A DNA stretch of 27,836 nucleotides from Rhodothermales bacterium. GTDB lineage: Bacteria; Bacteroidota; Rhodothermia; Rhodothermales; VXPQ01. Under the pieces are notes generated by a model. That model worked only from the letters and a program-made list of their open reading frames with translations. It made no database searches and was not told the DNA's origin. Made by a program: the position numbers and the translations under genes. Of the stretch, positions 1-7,902 are shown in pieces. Location: NCBI GenBank assembly GCA_040904565.1, contig JBBDTI010000030.1, forward strand, positions 22,448 to 50,283, written 5' to 3'. Numbering within the stretch: the stretch's first letter is position 1; the number at the start of each line of letters is the position of its first letter.

Positions 1-34
1 CCGCGGCGCAGTCTACCGCGGCGCAGTCTACCGC
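1..34 (+). repeat. 15-bp tandem repeat CCGCGGCGCAGTCTA (2 full copies + CCGC), in frame, encoding AAQST
   Basis: Bases 1-15 equal 16-30 exactly, followed by ccgc at 31-34. The repeat may extend left of the window. Confidence 0.85.
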
Positions 35-587
35 CGAGAACGCGTATTTCGTACTCGTTCCTGGGGCGGGCTCCCCGCTTCGCAGATGGCCGGCCGCACA
101 CTTTGCCCTGCTAGCGGAGCGTATTTCACACCGAACCGGATGGAAGGGCGTGCTCTGTGGGGGACCGTCAGATACGAGCCTGGCCGCGGAAATCCAGCGC
201 CTCTCATCCGTCGAGCTCCAGGACAGCGTCGGCCGGCTGTCGCTGGCGGAATCGGTGGAGCTCATTCGCGACGCCCGGATCGTGGTCGGAAACGAAACTG
301 GCGCCATTCACATCGCGGCGTTCGTACGAACGCCCGCCGTATCCATCACCGGAGGCGGACATTACGGCCGATTCGTGCCCTATCCGGAGGGCATGAGCGG
401 GCCCGCGGCGGCATCCGTTCATATGCCGTGCTTTCATTGTGACTGGCAGTGCATCTATCCCGTAGGGGACCACGACCCGGCCCCCTGCGTCGCGGGCATT
501 CCGGTCGAATCCGTCTGGTTACAAGTCGAAGGCCTGCTCCGCGCGTCAGGCGAACGCTACGACCTAAGAGAAGTCGGCGCATACTGA
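3..587 (+). CDS. Glycosyltransferase family 9 (heptosyltransferase-like), 5'-truncated by the window edge
   Basis: The frame of ORF 150..587 is open back to base 3 and reads AAQSTAAQSTAENAYFVLVPGAGSPLRRWPAAHF...VVGNETGAIHIAAFVRTPAVSI...PCFHCDWQC...PCVAGIPVESV. This has the GT9 motifs PGA..(K/R)RWP and (N/D)(D/E)TG..H.AA plus the C-terminal Cys cluster. It lies next to gmhA/hldE. Confidence 0.88.
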   Translation, partial: AAQSTAAQSTAENAYFVLVPGAGSPLRRWPAAHFALLAERISHRTGWKGVLCGGPSDTSLAAEIQRLSSVELQDSVGRLSLAESVELIRDARIVVGNETGAIHIAAFVRTPAVSITGGGHYGRFVPYPEGMSGPAAASVHMPCFHCDWQCIYPVGDHDPAPCVAGIPVESVWLQVEGLLRASGERYDLREVGAY

Positions 588-639
588 ACTTCCTATTCGT
601 GCAGGCCAAGCCGAGAATCGAAGATTGGAGCACCCGAAT

Positions 640-1227
640 ATGACCATACATGAGTCCATCCAGGAACACCTGGCCGTTTGCATGACGCTCCAAACCTTGG
701 AGCCGGCCATCGGAAACATTGCTGAACGCATGGTGCAGTCGCTCCAGGAAGACGGAAAGATCTGTTGGATGGGCAACGGCGGTAGCGCCGCGGACTGCCA
801 GCACCTTGCAGCCGAGTTTGTCGGTCGGTTCGAACAGGAGCGGAGCGGCCTAGCCTCGATTGCCTTCACGACCGATTCGTCGATTCTCACGGCCATTGGA
901 AATGACTACGGCTTCGAATCCATCTTCTCCCGACAGGTAGAGGCCCTCTGCAGGCAGGCGGACGTGGTGGTCGGCATTTCGACGTCGGGCAACAGTGAGA
1001 ACGTATGCAGCGGACTCGAGCGAGCACGCCTGGCAGGATGCTACACGGTGGCGTTCACCGGGCGGTCGGGCGGCCGAATGGCCGAGATAGCCGATGTGGC
1101 GCTGGTCATCCAATCACATTCCACGGCACGCATTCAGGAGGCTCACATCCTCATCGGTCACCTTCTCTGCAAGGAGGTCGAGGCCTCGATGGTGAGGCTC
1201 CGTGTCGGCGAGGGTTCCTATGTTTGA
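640..1227 (+). CDS. gmhA: D-sedoheptulose-7-phosphate isomerase (SIS domain)
   Basis: Motifs GNGGSAADCQH, NDYGF, GISTSGNS and TARIQEAH. ATG at 640 with GGAG at 627-630. Confidence 0.96.
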   Translation: MTIHESIQEHLAVCMTLQTLEPAIGNIAERMVQSLQEDGKICWMGNGGSAADCQHLAAEFVGRFEQERSGLASIAFTTDSSILTAIGNDYGFESIFSRQVEALCRQADVVVGISTSGNSENVCSGLERARLAGCYTVAFTGRSGGRMAEIADVALVIQSHSTARIQEAHILIGHLLCKEVEASMVRLRVGEGSYV

Positions 1228-2692
1228 CGATCTTGCGGCCGTTCTCGAAACGGTTCGGTCGGGTTTTTCAGGGGCCCGCGTACTCGTCGTCGGCGACGTC
1301 ATGCTCGATCGATATATATGGGGGAGTGTGGCCCGCATCTCGCCGGAAGCACCGGTCCCTATCGTACGCGTTGCGAGAAGGTCGGAGGCCGCAGGCGGCG
1401 CCGCTAACGTAGCAGCAAATCTCAGCGGACTCGGCGCGCACGTGATGCTCGTCAGTTCGGTCGGCGACGATACCGAAGGGGCTGCGCTTCGAGCGCAGCT
1501 GGAACGGTCCGGAATCGACGGCGAGGGCGTACTTTCGTTTGAGGATCGCCCTACCACCACAAAGACACGTGTCATCGGAGGCCATCAGCAGATGGTCCGC
1601 CTGGACGAGGAAAAGAGTTCGCCGCTCAATGAGACGCAGTCCGCCGGCATCGTCGATGCGACGATCCGTCGACTCGATCGGGCGGAAGCAGTTGTGCTGT
1701 CGGACTATGCCAAGGGGACGCTGGGCGCCGCAACGTGTCAAGAAATCATAGCCCAGGCCGCTGCACGGGGCATCCCCGTGCTGGTGGACCCGAAGGGCAC
1801 CGATTATCAGAAGTATGCCGGGGCGACCATCGTGACGCCGAATCTCGGTGAGCTCGCTGCGGCGACGGGACGAACGGAGGGGGACGAAGACGGATGTCCA
1901 ACGGCGGCCATGCTTCTCCGCGAGCAATGCAGGTTTGGAATGTGCGTCGTTACACGAGGCGAAATGGGGATCTCACTGGTCGACGACACCGGGATCCGTC
2001 ATTTTCCGGCGACGGCGCGGGAAGTCTTCGACGTCTCCGGCGCAGGCGACACGGTGATAGCGGTACTGGCGGCTTCGACCGCGGCCGGACTCACGATCAC
2101 AGACGCCATCCGGGTCGCGAACGTCGCCGCTGGTGTGGTGGTCGGAAAAGTGGGGACCGTGTCCATCGAGCGGGCGGAACTGCTGGCCGCGCTCGAATTC
2201 AAGCGGATGTCGGAGCAGGCAAACAAAGTCGTCGAACTCGACGACTTGCTAAAGCGTGTCGCCGCGTGGCGGTCGCGGGGCGAGCGCATCGTGTTTACGA
2301 ACGGCTGCTTCGATCTAATCCACGTCGGGCACGTCACGTATCTGGAGAAGGCTCGAGACGAGGGACACCGTCTCATCGTCGGACTTAATACGGACCGGTC
2401 CGTTCGACAGCTCAAAGGACGCGATCGCCCCATCGTCCACGAAATGGATCGGGCCCTCGTACTCGGCTCGCTGGCTTCGATCGATGCCGTCGTGCTCTTC
2501 GACGACGCATCGCCGCTTCGTCTCATCGAAGCCATTCATCCCGACGTGCTCGTGAAGGGGGACGACTACGCTGTGGAAGACGTCGTCGGTGCGGATGACG
2601 TTCGGAAATGGGGCGGGCGCGTCGTGCTCGTGCCGGTTGTGAAGGGGCGGAGCACGAGCCGGATCATGGATCGCATCCTGGAGCTTGCGTGA
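1220..2692 (+). CDS. hldE: Bifunctional heptose-7-phosphate kinase / heptose-1-phosphate nucleotidyltransferase
   Basis: PfkB domain (VGDVMLDRY, RISPEAPVP, GGAANVA, SDYAKG, DVSGAGDTV) followed by a cytidylyltransferase-like domain (FTNGCFDLIHVGH, GLNTDRSV, LVKGDDY, GRSTS). ATG 1220 overlaps the end of gmhA. Confidence 0.97.
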   Translation: MFDDLAAVLETVRSGFSGARVLVVGDVMLDRYIWGSVARISPEAPVPIVRVARRSEAAGGAANVAANLSGLGAHVMLVSSVGDDTEGAALRAQLERSGIDGEGVLSFEDRPTTTKTRVIGGHQQMVRLDEEKSSPLNETQSAGIVDATIRRLDRAEAVVLSDYAKGTLGAATCQEIIAQAAARGIPVLVDPKGTDYQKYAGATIVTPNLGELAAATGRTEGDEDGCPTAAMLLREQCRFGMCVVTRGEMGISLVDDTGIRHFPATAREVFDVSGAGDTVIAVLAASTAAGLTITDAIRVANVAAGVVVGKVGTVSIERAELLAALEFKRMSEQANKVVELDDLLKRVAAWRSRGERIVFTNGCFDLIHVGHVTYLEKARDEGHRLIVGLNTDRSVRQLKGRDRPIVHEMDRALVLGSLASIDAVVLFDDASPLRLIEAIHPDVLVKGDDYAVEDVVGADDVRKWGGRVVLVPVVKGRSTSRIMDRILELA

Positions 2693-3254
2693 CCTGGGTG
2701 GCGGCGCAGCCGTCAAGCTGTCGTTCTATCCAGTAGGCCGCGGCCAGCAGGTTGTCGCCTACAAAATCAGGGCCGTGCGAGGACGCAGACGTGTCAACCA
2801 CCTCTCGATCGGGGTCCGTGCGGACCCATCCTGTCCGACAGCCGGCACGCCGACCCGCCTCTACGTCGCTCATCCTGTCGCCGATCATGAAAGATCCCCG
2901 TAGCGAGAGACCTAGATCTGTGGCAGCCGTGACCAGCATGCCGGCATTCGGCTTTCGGCAGCTGCAGCGATCGTTCGGCACGTGCGGGCAGTAGTAGGCC
3001 GCGTCCACCGTGAGGCCGTATCGGCCGAGATGCTGAATGAACGCGGCGTGGACGTCGGTGTGCTGCTTCTCGGTGATGTAGCCGCGCCCGATCCCGGACT
3101 GGTTGCTGGTGAGCACGACGGCCAGCCCCAGATCATGTAAGATGCCGATCGCCTTCGCGGCGCCGGGTAACAGTTCGACGCCCGAGGGTTCTCGCAAGTA
3201 GTGTCGATCTACGATGATCGTACCGTCTCGGTCGAGAAAGACTGCTCGTTTCAT
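2664..3254 (-). CDS. gmhB: D,D-heptose-1,7-bisphosphate phosphatase (HAD IIIA)
   Basis: Motifs FLDRDGT, SNQSGIGRG, Zn-site CPH....CSCRKP and IGDRMSD. Likely start ATG 3254 (MKRAVF); alternative 3281. Confidence 0.93.
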   Translation of the reverse strand: MKRAVFLDRDGTIIVDRHYLREPSGVELLPGAAKAIGILHDLGLAVVLTSNQSGIGRGYITEKQHTDVHAAFIQHLGRYGLTVDAAYYCPHVPNDRCSCRKPNAGMLVTAATDLGLSLRGSFMIGDRMSDVEAGRRAGCRTGWVRTDPDREVVDTSASSHGPDFVGDNLLAAAYWIERQLDGCAATQVTQAPGCDP

Positions 3255-3398
3255 CGATGTCTCATGAATGTGGTTCTGCATTCACGTGCCTCGCATTGAC
3301 GTCCCCTGAGAGACCATCAAGCGATGGAAACGTCCATAAATGACGCTGCCGGCGGCTGAGAATCCGACGGTCCCCAACGAAGAAGTGCATCGAACCGT

Positions 3399-3426
3399 CC
3401 TCGTCCATCCCGAAGGATGGGCGAGG
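3399..3426. other. 12-bp stem-loop in the divergent gmhB / GT-operon intergenic region
   Basis: CCTCGTCCATCC-CGAA-GGATGGGCGAGG pairs fully with one G-U on the + strand. No U-tract follows. Confidence 0.55.
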
Positions 3427-3838
3427 CAACCGGGCTCCGGTCCGCCTGCTCCTCCCCGATCGAGAACCGCCGGTTTTTCAGACACCGGCAGCATATAGGT
3501 CCCGCGGCGCATGGCATGCGAAGGGAATCGATCGAATGATCACGTTCGGCCACCGCGTCAGCCGATGGGCTGAGCGTACCGGCGGACCTTGTGATAGTAA
3601 AGGGTCATCCCGTAACGTCAGCGTGGCGGAAAGTCGAAGCGGGGAAATGTGGAGCCGCTTTCGAGCCCAGGATGAAAGACGCGCCCGGGATGCGTCGGTG
3701 ACTCGCTGCAAGGCCGTTCGATCGAATCGATTTCCGCAGAGGCGTACGGACGCATCGAATCCATTCGGAAGCCTGGCAACAAGTCCACATACGATCCAGG
3801 TTCGAGATATCGTGAAATCAGCAATACACCGGAACCCG

Positions 3839-4024
3839 ATGCCCGACGTCCGTTCCGAATCAGGCAACGTCCTGATCAATGCCATACGCGATCCATCGCT
3901 GTGCGCCGAGCAGGTAATCGATGCAGCTTGGAAGGAGTATTGCAAGGCCGGTTGCCCATACGGCGAATCAAAGCACGGACTCGCAATATGGGTCGATCGA
4001 ATAACCTGGATAGAGGTCAAGTGA
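3839..4024 (+). CDS. Small hypothetical protein (61 aa) heading the GT operon
   Basis: The C-terminal part of ORF 3536..4024 is protein-like (AWKEYCKAGCPYGESKHGLAIW). Its TGA overlaps the in-frame GTG (4021) of the next gene as GTGA. Confidence 0.55.
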   Translation: MPDVRSESGNVLINAIRDPSLCAEQVIDAAWKEYCKAGCPYGESKHGLAIWVDRITWIEVK

Positions 4025-4026
4025 CG

Positions 4027-5139
4027 ATGCGTCCATGGGACCGCGGACTCACCTCTGTCATACTTCCTGCATACAATGCGGCACCCTACATTCGCGAGGC
4101 CCTTCAATCGGTGTTCGACCAGACGTACCCATCTTTCGAGATCATCGTCGTGGACGATGGATCGACCGACGGGACCGCAGAGATCGTACGGGAATATGCG
4201 GCGGCTGACACGCGTGTTACGCTCGTACGGCAGTCCAACCAGGGCGTCGGCGCGGCGCGCAATACGGCCATCAGACACGCACGGGGTATCTATATCGCCC
4301 CATTGGATGCCGATGACCGATGGGCGCCCGACAAGCTTCAGAAGCAGGTGGCCCGTATGGTAGCGATGGGTGCGTCTGCCGGACTGATCTACTGCTGGTA
4401 TCGGAGTATCAACGGTGATGGAAACGTACTCGGATACAGTGATCGGCACACGGTAGAAGGGAGGGCGCCCCGTGCCATGCTCCTCCGAAATCTAACAGGA
4501 AACGCCAGTGTACCGCTGTTTCGTGCGACGACGCTGAAGGCCCTGGGCGGGTATCTCACCCGGGCCGAACAAGGTGGAGGCCAGGGGTTTGAAGATTGGG
4601 ATCTCAGTCTGCGCGTCTCCGAGCGTTTCGACGTCGGCGTCGTACCCGATCATCTCGTTGACTATCGGCAGGCGCCCCATTGCATGAGCACCAATGCGCG
4701 GAGCATGTCGAGGTCCCTTGCTGTCGTCATGGACGAGGCGCGCCGGCGCAATCCGGGCATTGCGCCGCGTGAGTTTCGGTGGTCGAAAGGAAATTTCTAT
4801 TACTACGTCACGCGAAGGGCCTTCAGGTGGTCCAAGAACTCCGTAGACGTTCGAAGTCTCGCCCTGGCCGTCGTGGCCGACCCAATTTATCTCTTGAATC
4901 TGCAGACGTACCGCATGGTCGGTCGCAGCGTGGTTTACTGGCTAACAGGTGGCCGCATCTTCTGTACTCGCGGTCGAAAGGTCGAGGCGTACCCCCGTGA
5001 GGGTCACGGTCCCGCTCCGAGGAAGAACGAGCCGAGCGAGGAGGAGAATGCTTCTTCGGTCGGGCAGCGGCTCTTCGGTCGAATCCAGTCGAAGCGCTGG
5101 TCGGCCGTGCTGTTGGAATCAGCCCCCGAGGGCGTATGA
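4027..5139 (+). CDS. Glycosyltransferase family 2
   Basis: Motifs SVILPAYN, VVDDGSTD, NQGVGAARN, LDADD and FEDWD. GAGG at 4013-4016; start 4021 (GTG) or 4027 (ATG). Confidence 0.93.
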   Translation: MRPWDRGLTSVILPAYNAAPYIREALQSVFDQTYPSFEIIVVDDGSTDGTAEIVREYAAADTRVTLVRQSNQGVGAARNTAIRHARGIYIAPLDADDRWAPDKLQKQVARMVAMGASAGLIYCWYRSINGDGNVLGYSDRHTVEGRAPRAMLLRNLTGNASVPLFRATTLKALGGYLTRAEQGGGQGFEDWDLSLRVSERFDVGVVPDHLVDYRQAPHCMSTNARSMSRSLAVVMDEARRRNPGIAPREFRWSKGNFYYYVTRRAFRWSKNSVDVRSLALAVVADPIYLLNLQTYRMVGRSVVYWLTGGRIFCTRGRKVEAYPREGHGPAPRKNEPSEEENASSVGQRLFGRIQSKRWSAVLLESAPEGV

Positions 5140-6929
5140 TACGGCCGACCTCCTCGCTTCGGAACGCCGATTCGCCCCGGGCTGCGGACGCTTTTCTTCG
5201 TGAATCTGCCGATCCGAAGGGTGCGGCGCCCACTGACCCGACCGTATCGGTCGTAATCACCACCTACAACCACGCACGATACCTGCGCGATGCCGTGGAG
5301 AGCGTGCGTGCTCAGACCTTTGGCGACTTCGAGATCCTCGTGATCGATGACGGCTCCACGGATGCCACGCCGGAGGTTGCTGCCTGCTGCGGGGGGATTC
5401 GGTACCTACGACAGCACAACCAGGGCCTATCTGCCGCTCGGAATGCCGGCCTCAGAGAAAGTCGTGGTCGCTTCCTAGTCTTTCTCGACGCCGACGACCG
5501 GCTGTTGCCGGGGGCGCTTGCGGCGGGTCTGAACTGTTTTTCCGCCTATTCCGAAGCCGCCTTCGTTTTCGGACGCTATCGGCAGGTATCGGAAACGGGC
5601 GAGCTCCTTTCTCAGCCGGTGCCGCCCCCCGTTCGACATTCCTACTACAACGCGTTCCTTGGGGGCAATCTCGTCGGGATGCACGCGACGGTGATGTACC
5701 GTCGCGTCCGGCTTCGGGAGATCGGCGGATTCGACGTCACGCTGCCGGCGTGCGAGGATTACGACGTCTATCTGCGGATGACCCGGCGTTTCGACGTGGC
5801 AATGCACGACGAGGCGGTGGCGGACTACAGGATGCACGACGCGAACATGTCGCGCAACATTGCCCTCATGCTGTCGTCGGCCCTGCGCGTGCTGCGGAAG
5901 CAGCGCGCGCACGCTCGACGCGACGCGCGACGACAAGCGTCTTTAGAACAAGGACTGCGCCAGTGGCGGCGATATTACGGTGAGAAGATGATGCCCTATC
6001 TGGGCACGCTTCGAAACTCGGCGGGGCCGGGCGTACCTATTCTGAAGGCCGCCTGGCACCTGCTGAGGTCCGACCCGGCAACCTTCGCCGCTAGCGTTCT
6101 TAGCGAGATCGAGCGTCGTGTCGGTGGTCAGTTGACGGGAGTCGTCAAGCGGTTCGTCCGGCGGTCTCCGTCGACGGGCGCAGGAAGGCAAAGCCCGTCG
6201 AAGGCGAGGAGGCCTTTCAGGACGACGTGGCCTTCGCCGCCGGTAGGCACCGTGCGCTTTGGCGACTTCCGACGCATCACGCCGATGAGCACGCAGTTCG
6301 GCTTCGATCGCGGGTGCCCCATCGACCGGTACTACATTGAAGCGTTTCTTCACCGGCACGCCTCGGCCATTCGAGGCCGGGTTCTAGAGGTCGGCGACGA
6401 TGCGTACACGAAGCGCTTCGGAGGCGACAGGGTCGTGTGCAGCGACGTACTGCACGTGACGACGGGACATCCCAAAGCGACCTTCATCGACGATCTGTCA
6501 AGCGCGAAGACGCTGCCGTCGAATGCGTTCGACTGCGTTATTCTCACGCAGACGCTGCATCTCATCTATGACGTCCGGGCGGCGCTTGCGAACCTCTATC
6601 GCATCCTCAAGCCGGGCGGCGTACTGCTCATGACGGTACCCGGCTCGATCAGTCAGCTGGAGCAGGGGACGTGGAAGGAGGTCTGGTGCTGGGGCTTTAC
6701 CGAGCTGTCGATCCGAAAGCTCTGCGGAGAGGCCTTCGAGACGTCGCCGGTCGAGATCGTCACATCCGGCAGCGTGTTGACCGCTATCTCCTTCCTGCAC
6801 GGGCTGGCCGCCTCCGAGCTCGAGCCGTCGGAGCTCGACTACCACGATCCCCTGTACCCGCTGCTGATCAGTGTGCGGATTCGTAAGCCGGATCTTCCGG
6901 AAGACGCACCAGGCGCGTCGAATGTATAG
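5136..6929 (+). CDS. GT2 glycosyltransferase fused to a C-terminal class I SAM-dependent methyltransferase-like domain
   Basis: N-terminal GT2 (SVVITTYN, DDGSTD, LDADD, CEDYD). C-terminal FGFDRGCPIDRYYIE, VLEVG, FDCVILTQTLHLI and LKPGGVLL. ATGA overlap with the upstream gene. Confidence 0.92.
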   Translation: MIRPTSSLRNADSPRAADAFLRESADPKGAAPTDPTVSVVITTYNHARYLRDAVESVRAQTFGDFEILVIDDGSTDATPEVAACCGGIRYLRQHNQGLSAARNAGLRESRGRFLVFLDADDRLLPGALAAGLNCFSAYSEAAFVFGRYRQVSETGELLSQPVPPPVRHSYYNAFLGGNLVGMHATVMYRRVRLREIGGFDVTLPACEDYDVYLRMTRRFDVAMHDEAVADYRMHDANMSRNIALMLSSALRVLRKQRAHARRDARRQASLEQGLRQWRRYYGEKMMPYLGTLRNSAGPGVPILKAAWHLLRSDPATFAASVLSEIERRVGGQLTGVVKRFVRRSPSTGAGRQSPSKARRPFRTTWPSPPVGTVRFGDFRRITPMSTQFGFDRGCPIDRYYIEAFLHRHASAIRGRVLEVGDDAYTKRFGGDRVVCSDVLHVTTGHPKATFIDDLSSAKTLPSNAFDCVILTQTLHLIYDVRAALANLYRILKPGGVLLMTVPGSISQLEQGTWKEVWCWGFTELSIRKLCGEAFETSPVEIVTSGSVLTAISFLHGLAASELEPSELDYHDPLYPLLISVRIRKPDLPEDAPGASNV

Positions 6930-7009
6930 GACGTGGAGCCGCGTCTAGACGCCCATGCGTCGTTGACTTTATGGGCTCCGCTCCGCATGCCGCCACGCGC
7001 ACAGTCGCC

Positions 7010-7885
7010 ATGATGATAAGGGCCATACCGATCGCCGCCACTCGCAAGCCTACGTACGTCATCGAACCCGATCGATCCTGGTTTAAGGTCGACTGGTCCG
7101 AGTTGTGGGCATACCGCGATCTCGTCGTCCTGCTCTTTCGGCGCGACCAGGCGTCGAAGTACCATCAGACGATCCTCGGGCCTCTGTGGTACGTCGTTCA
7201 TCCACTGGCTACGGCCCTCATCTTCAGCGTCGTCTTTGCACGCTTCGCGGGCATCAGTACCGAAGGGGTGCCGCGGATGCTGTTCTATCTCTCCGGCCTG
7301 CTCAGTTGGAATTTCTTTGCCCAGAGCTTGAACGCAACGTCGGGCATTTTCGCGGCGAATGCGGGCCTATTTGGGAAGGTATATTTTCCGCGACTGGTCG
7401 TCCCCGCGGCAGCGTTGATGTCGACGGGTGTCGCACTGGTGCTTCAATTCTTCACGTTTCTGGCGTTTTTCGCCATCCAGAAACAGATGGATCCGGTCGC
7501 CGAGTTCGGCATGACGCCGATGCTCCTGCTGCTACCGCTCATCGTGCTTCAGACGGCTGCTCTCGCGCTCGGCGGCGGTCTCCTACTTTCTTCACTGACG
7601 GCCCGCTACCGTGACCTCATGCACGCCGTGCCGTACCTCATTTCCAGTCTGATGTACGTGACGCCGGTGATCTATCCGCTCTCGCAGGTTCCGCCGGAAT
7701 ACGTGTGGCTCGTTCAGCTCAACCCCATGACCTTCATCGTCGAGGCGTTTCGGCTCGGTCTGCTCGGCGTAGGATCGCTCGATCCGTTCGCGGCAGCCGT
7801 CTCTATGGGCGTCACCGGCGTAGTACTGGCAAGCGGTATCCTACTCTTCCAGCGAATAGAACGACGCGTTGTCGACACGGTGTAA
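7010..7885 (+). CDS. wzm: ABC-2 polysaccharide exporter permease
   Basis: Motifs ELWAYRDL, KYHQTILGPLW, KVYFPRL, RYRDL, YVTPVIYP and LNPMT, with multiple hydrophobic segments. Start 7010, 7013 or 6971. Confidence 0.94.
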   Translation: MMIRAIPIAATRKPTYVIEPDRSWFKVDWSELWAYRDLVVLLFRRDQASKYHQTILGPLWYVVHPLATALIFSVVFARFAGISTEGVPRMLFYLSGLLSWNFFAQSLNATSGIFAANAGLFGKVYFPRLVVPAAALMSTGVALVLQFFTFLAFFAIQKQMDPVAEFGMTPMLLLLPLIVLQTAALALGGGLLLSSLTARYRDLMHAVPYLISSLMYVTPVIYPLSQVPPEYVWLVQLNPMTFIVEAFRLGLLGVGSLDPFAAAVSMGVTGVVLASGILLFQRIERRVVDTV

Positions 7886-7902
7886 CGGAGATACTGGGAC
7901 CT

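Noticed and set aside
778-789. ops-like GGCGGTAG in gmhA (and its reverse complement at 28-35)
   Set aside because: It encodes the conserved GGS of GNGGSAAD and lacks the downstream TG. The second copy is on the template strand inside a CDS.
5391-5396. G6 tract in the GT2-methyltransferase gene as a phase-variation site
   Set aside because: It is too short and expected by chance at this GC content. The ORF is intact.
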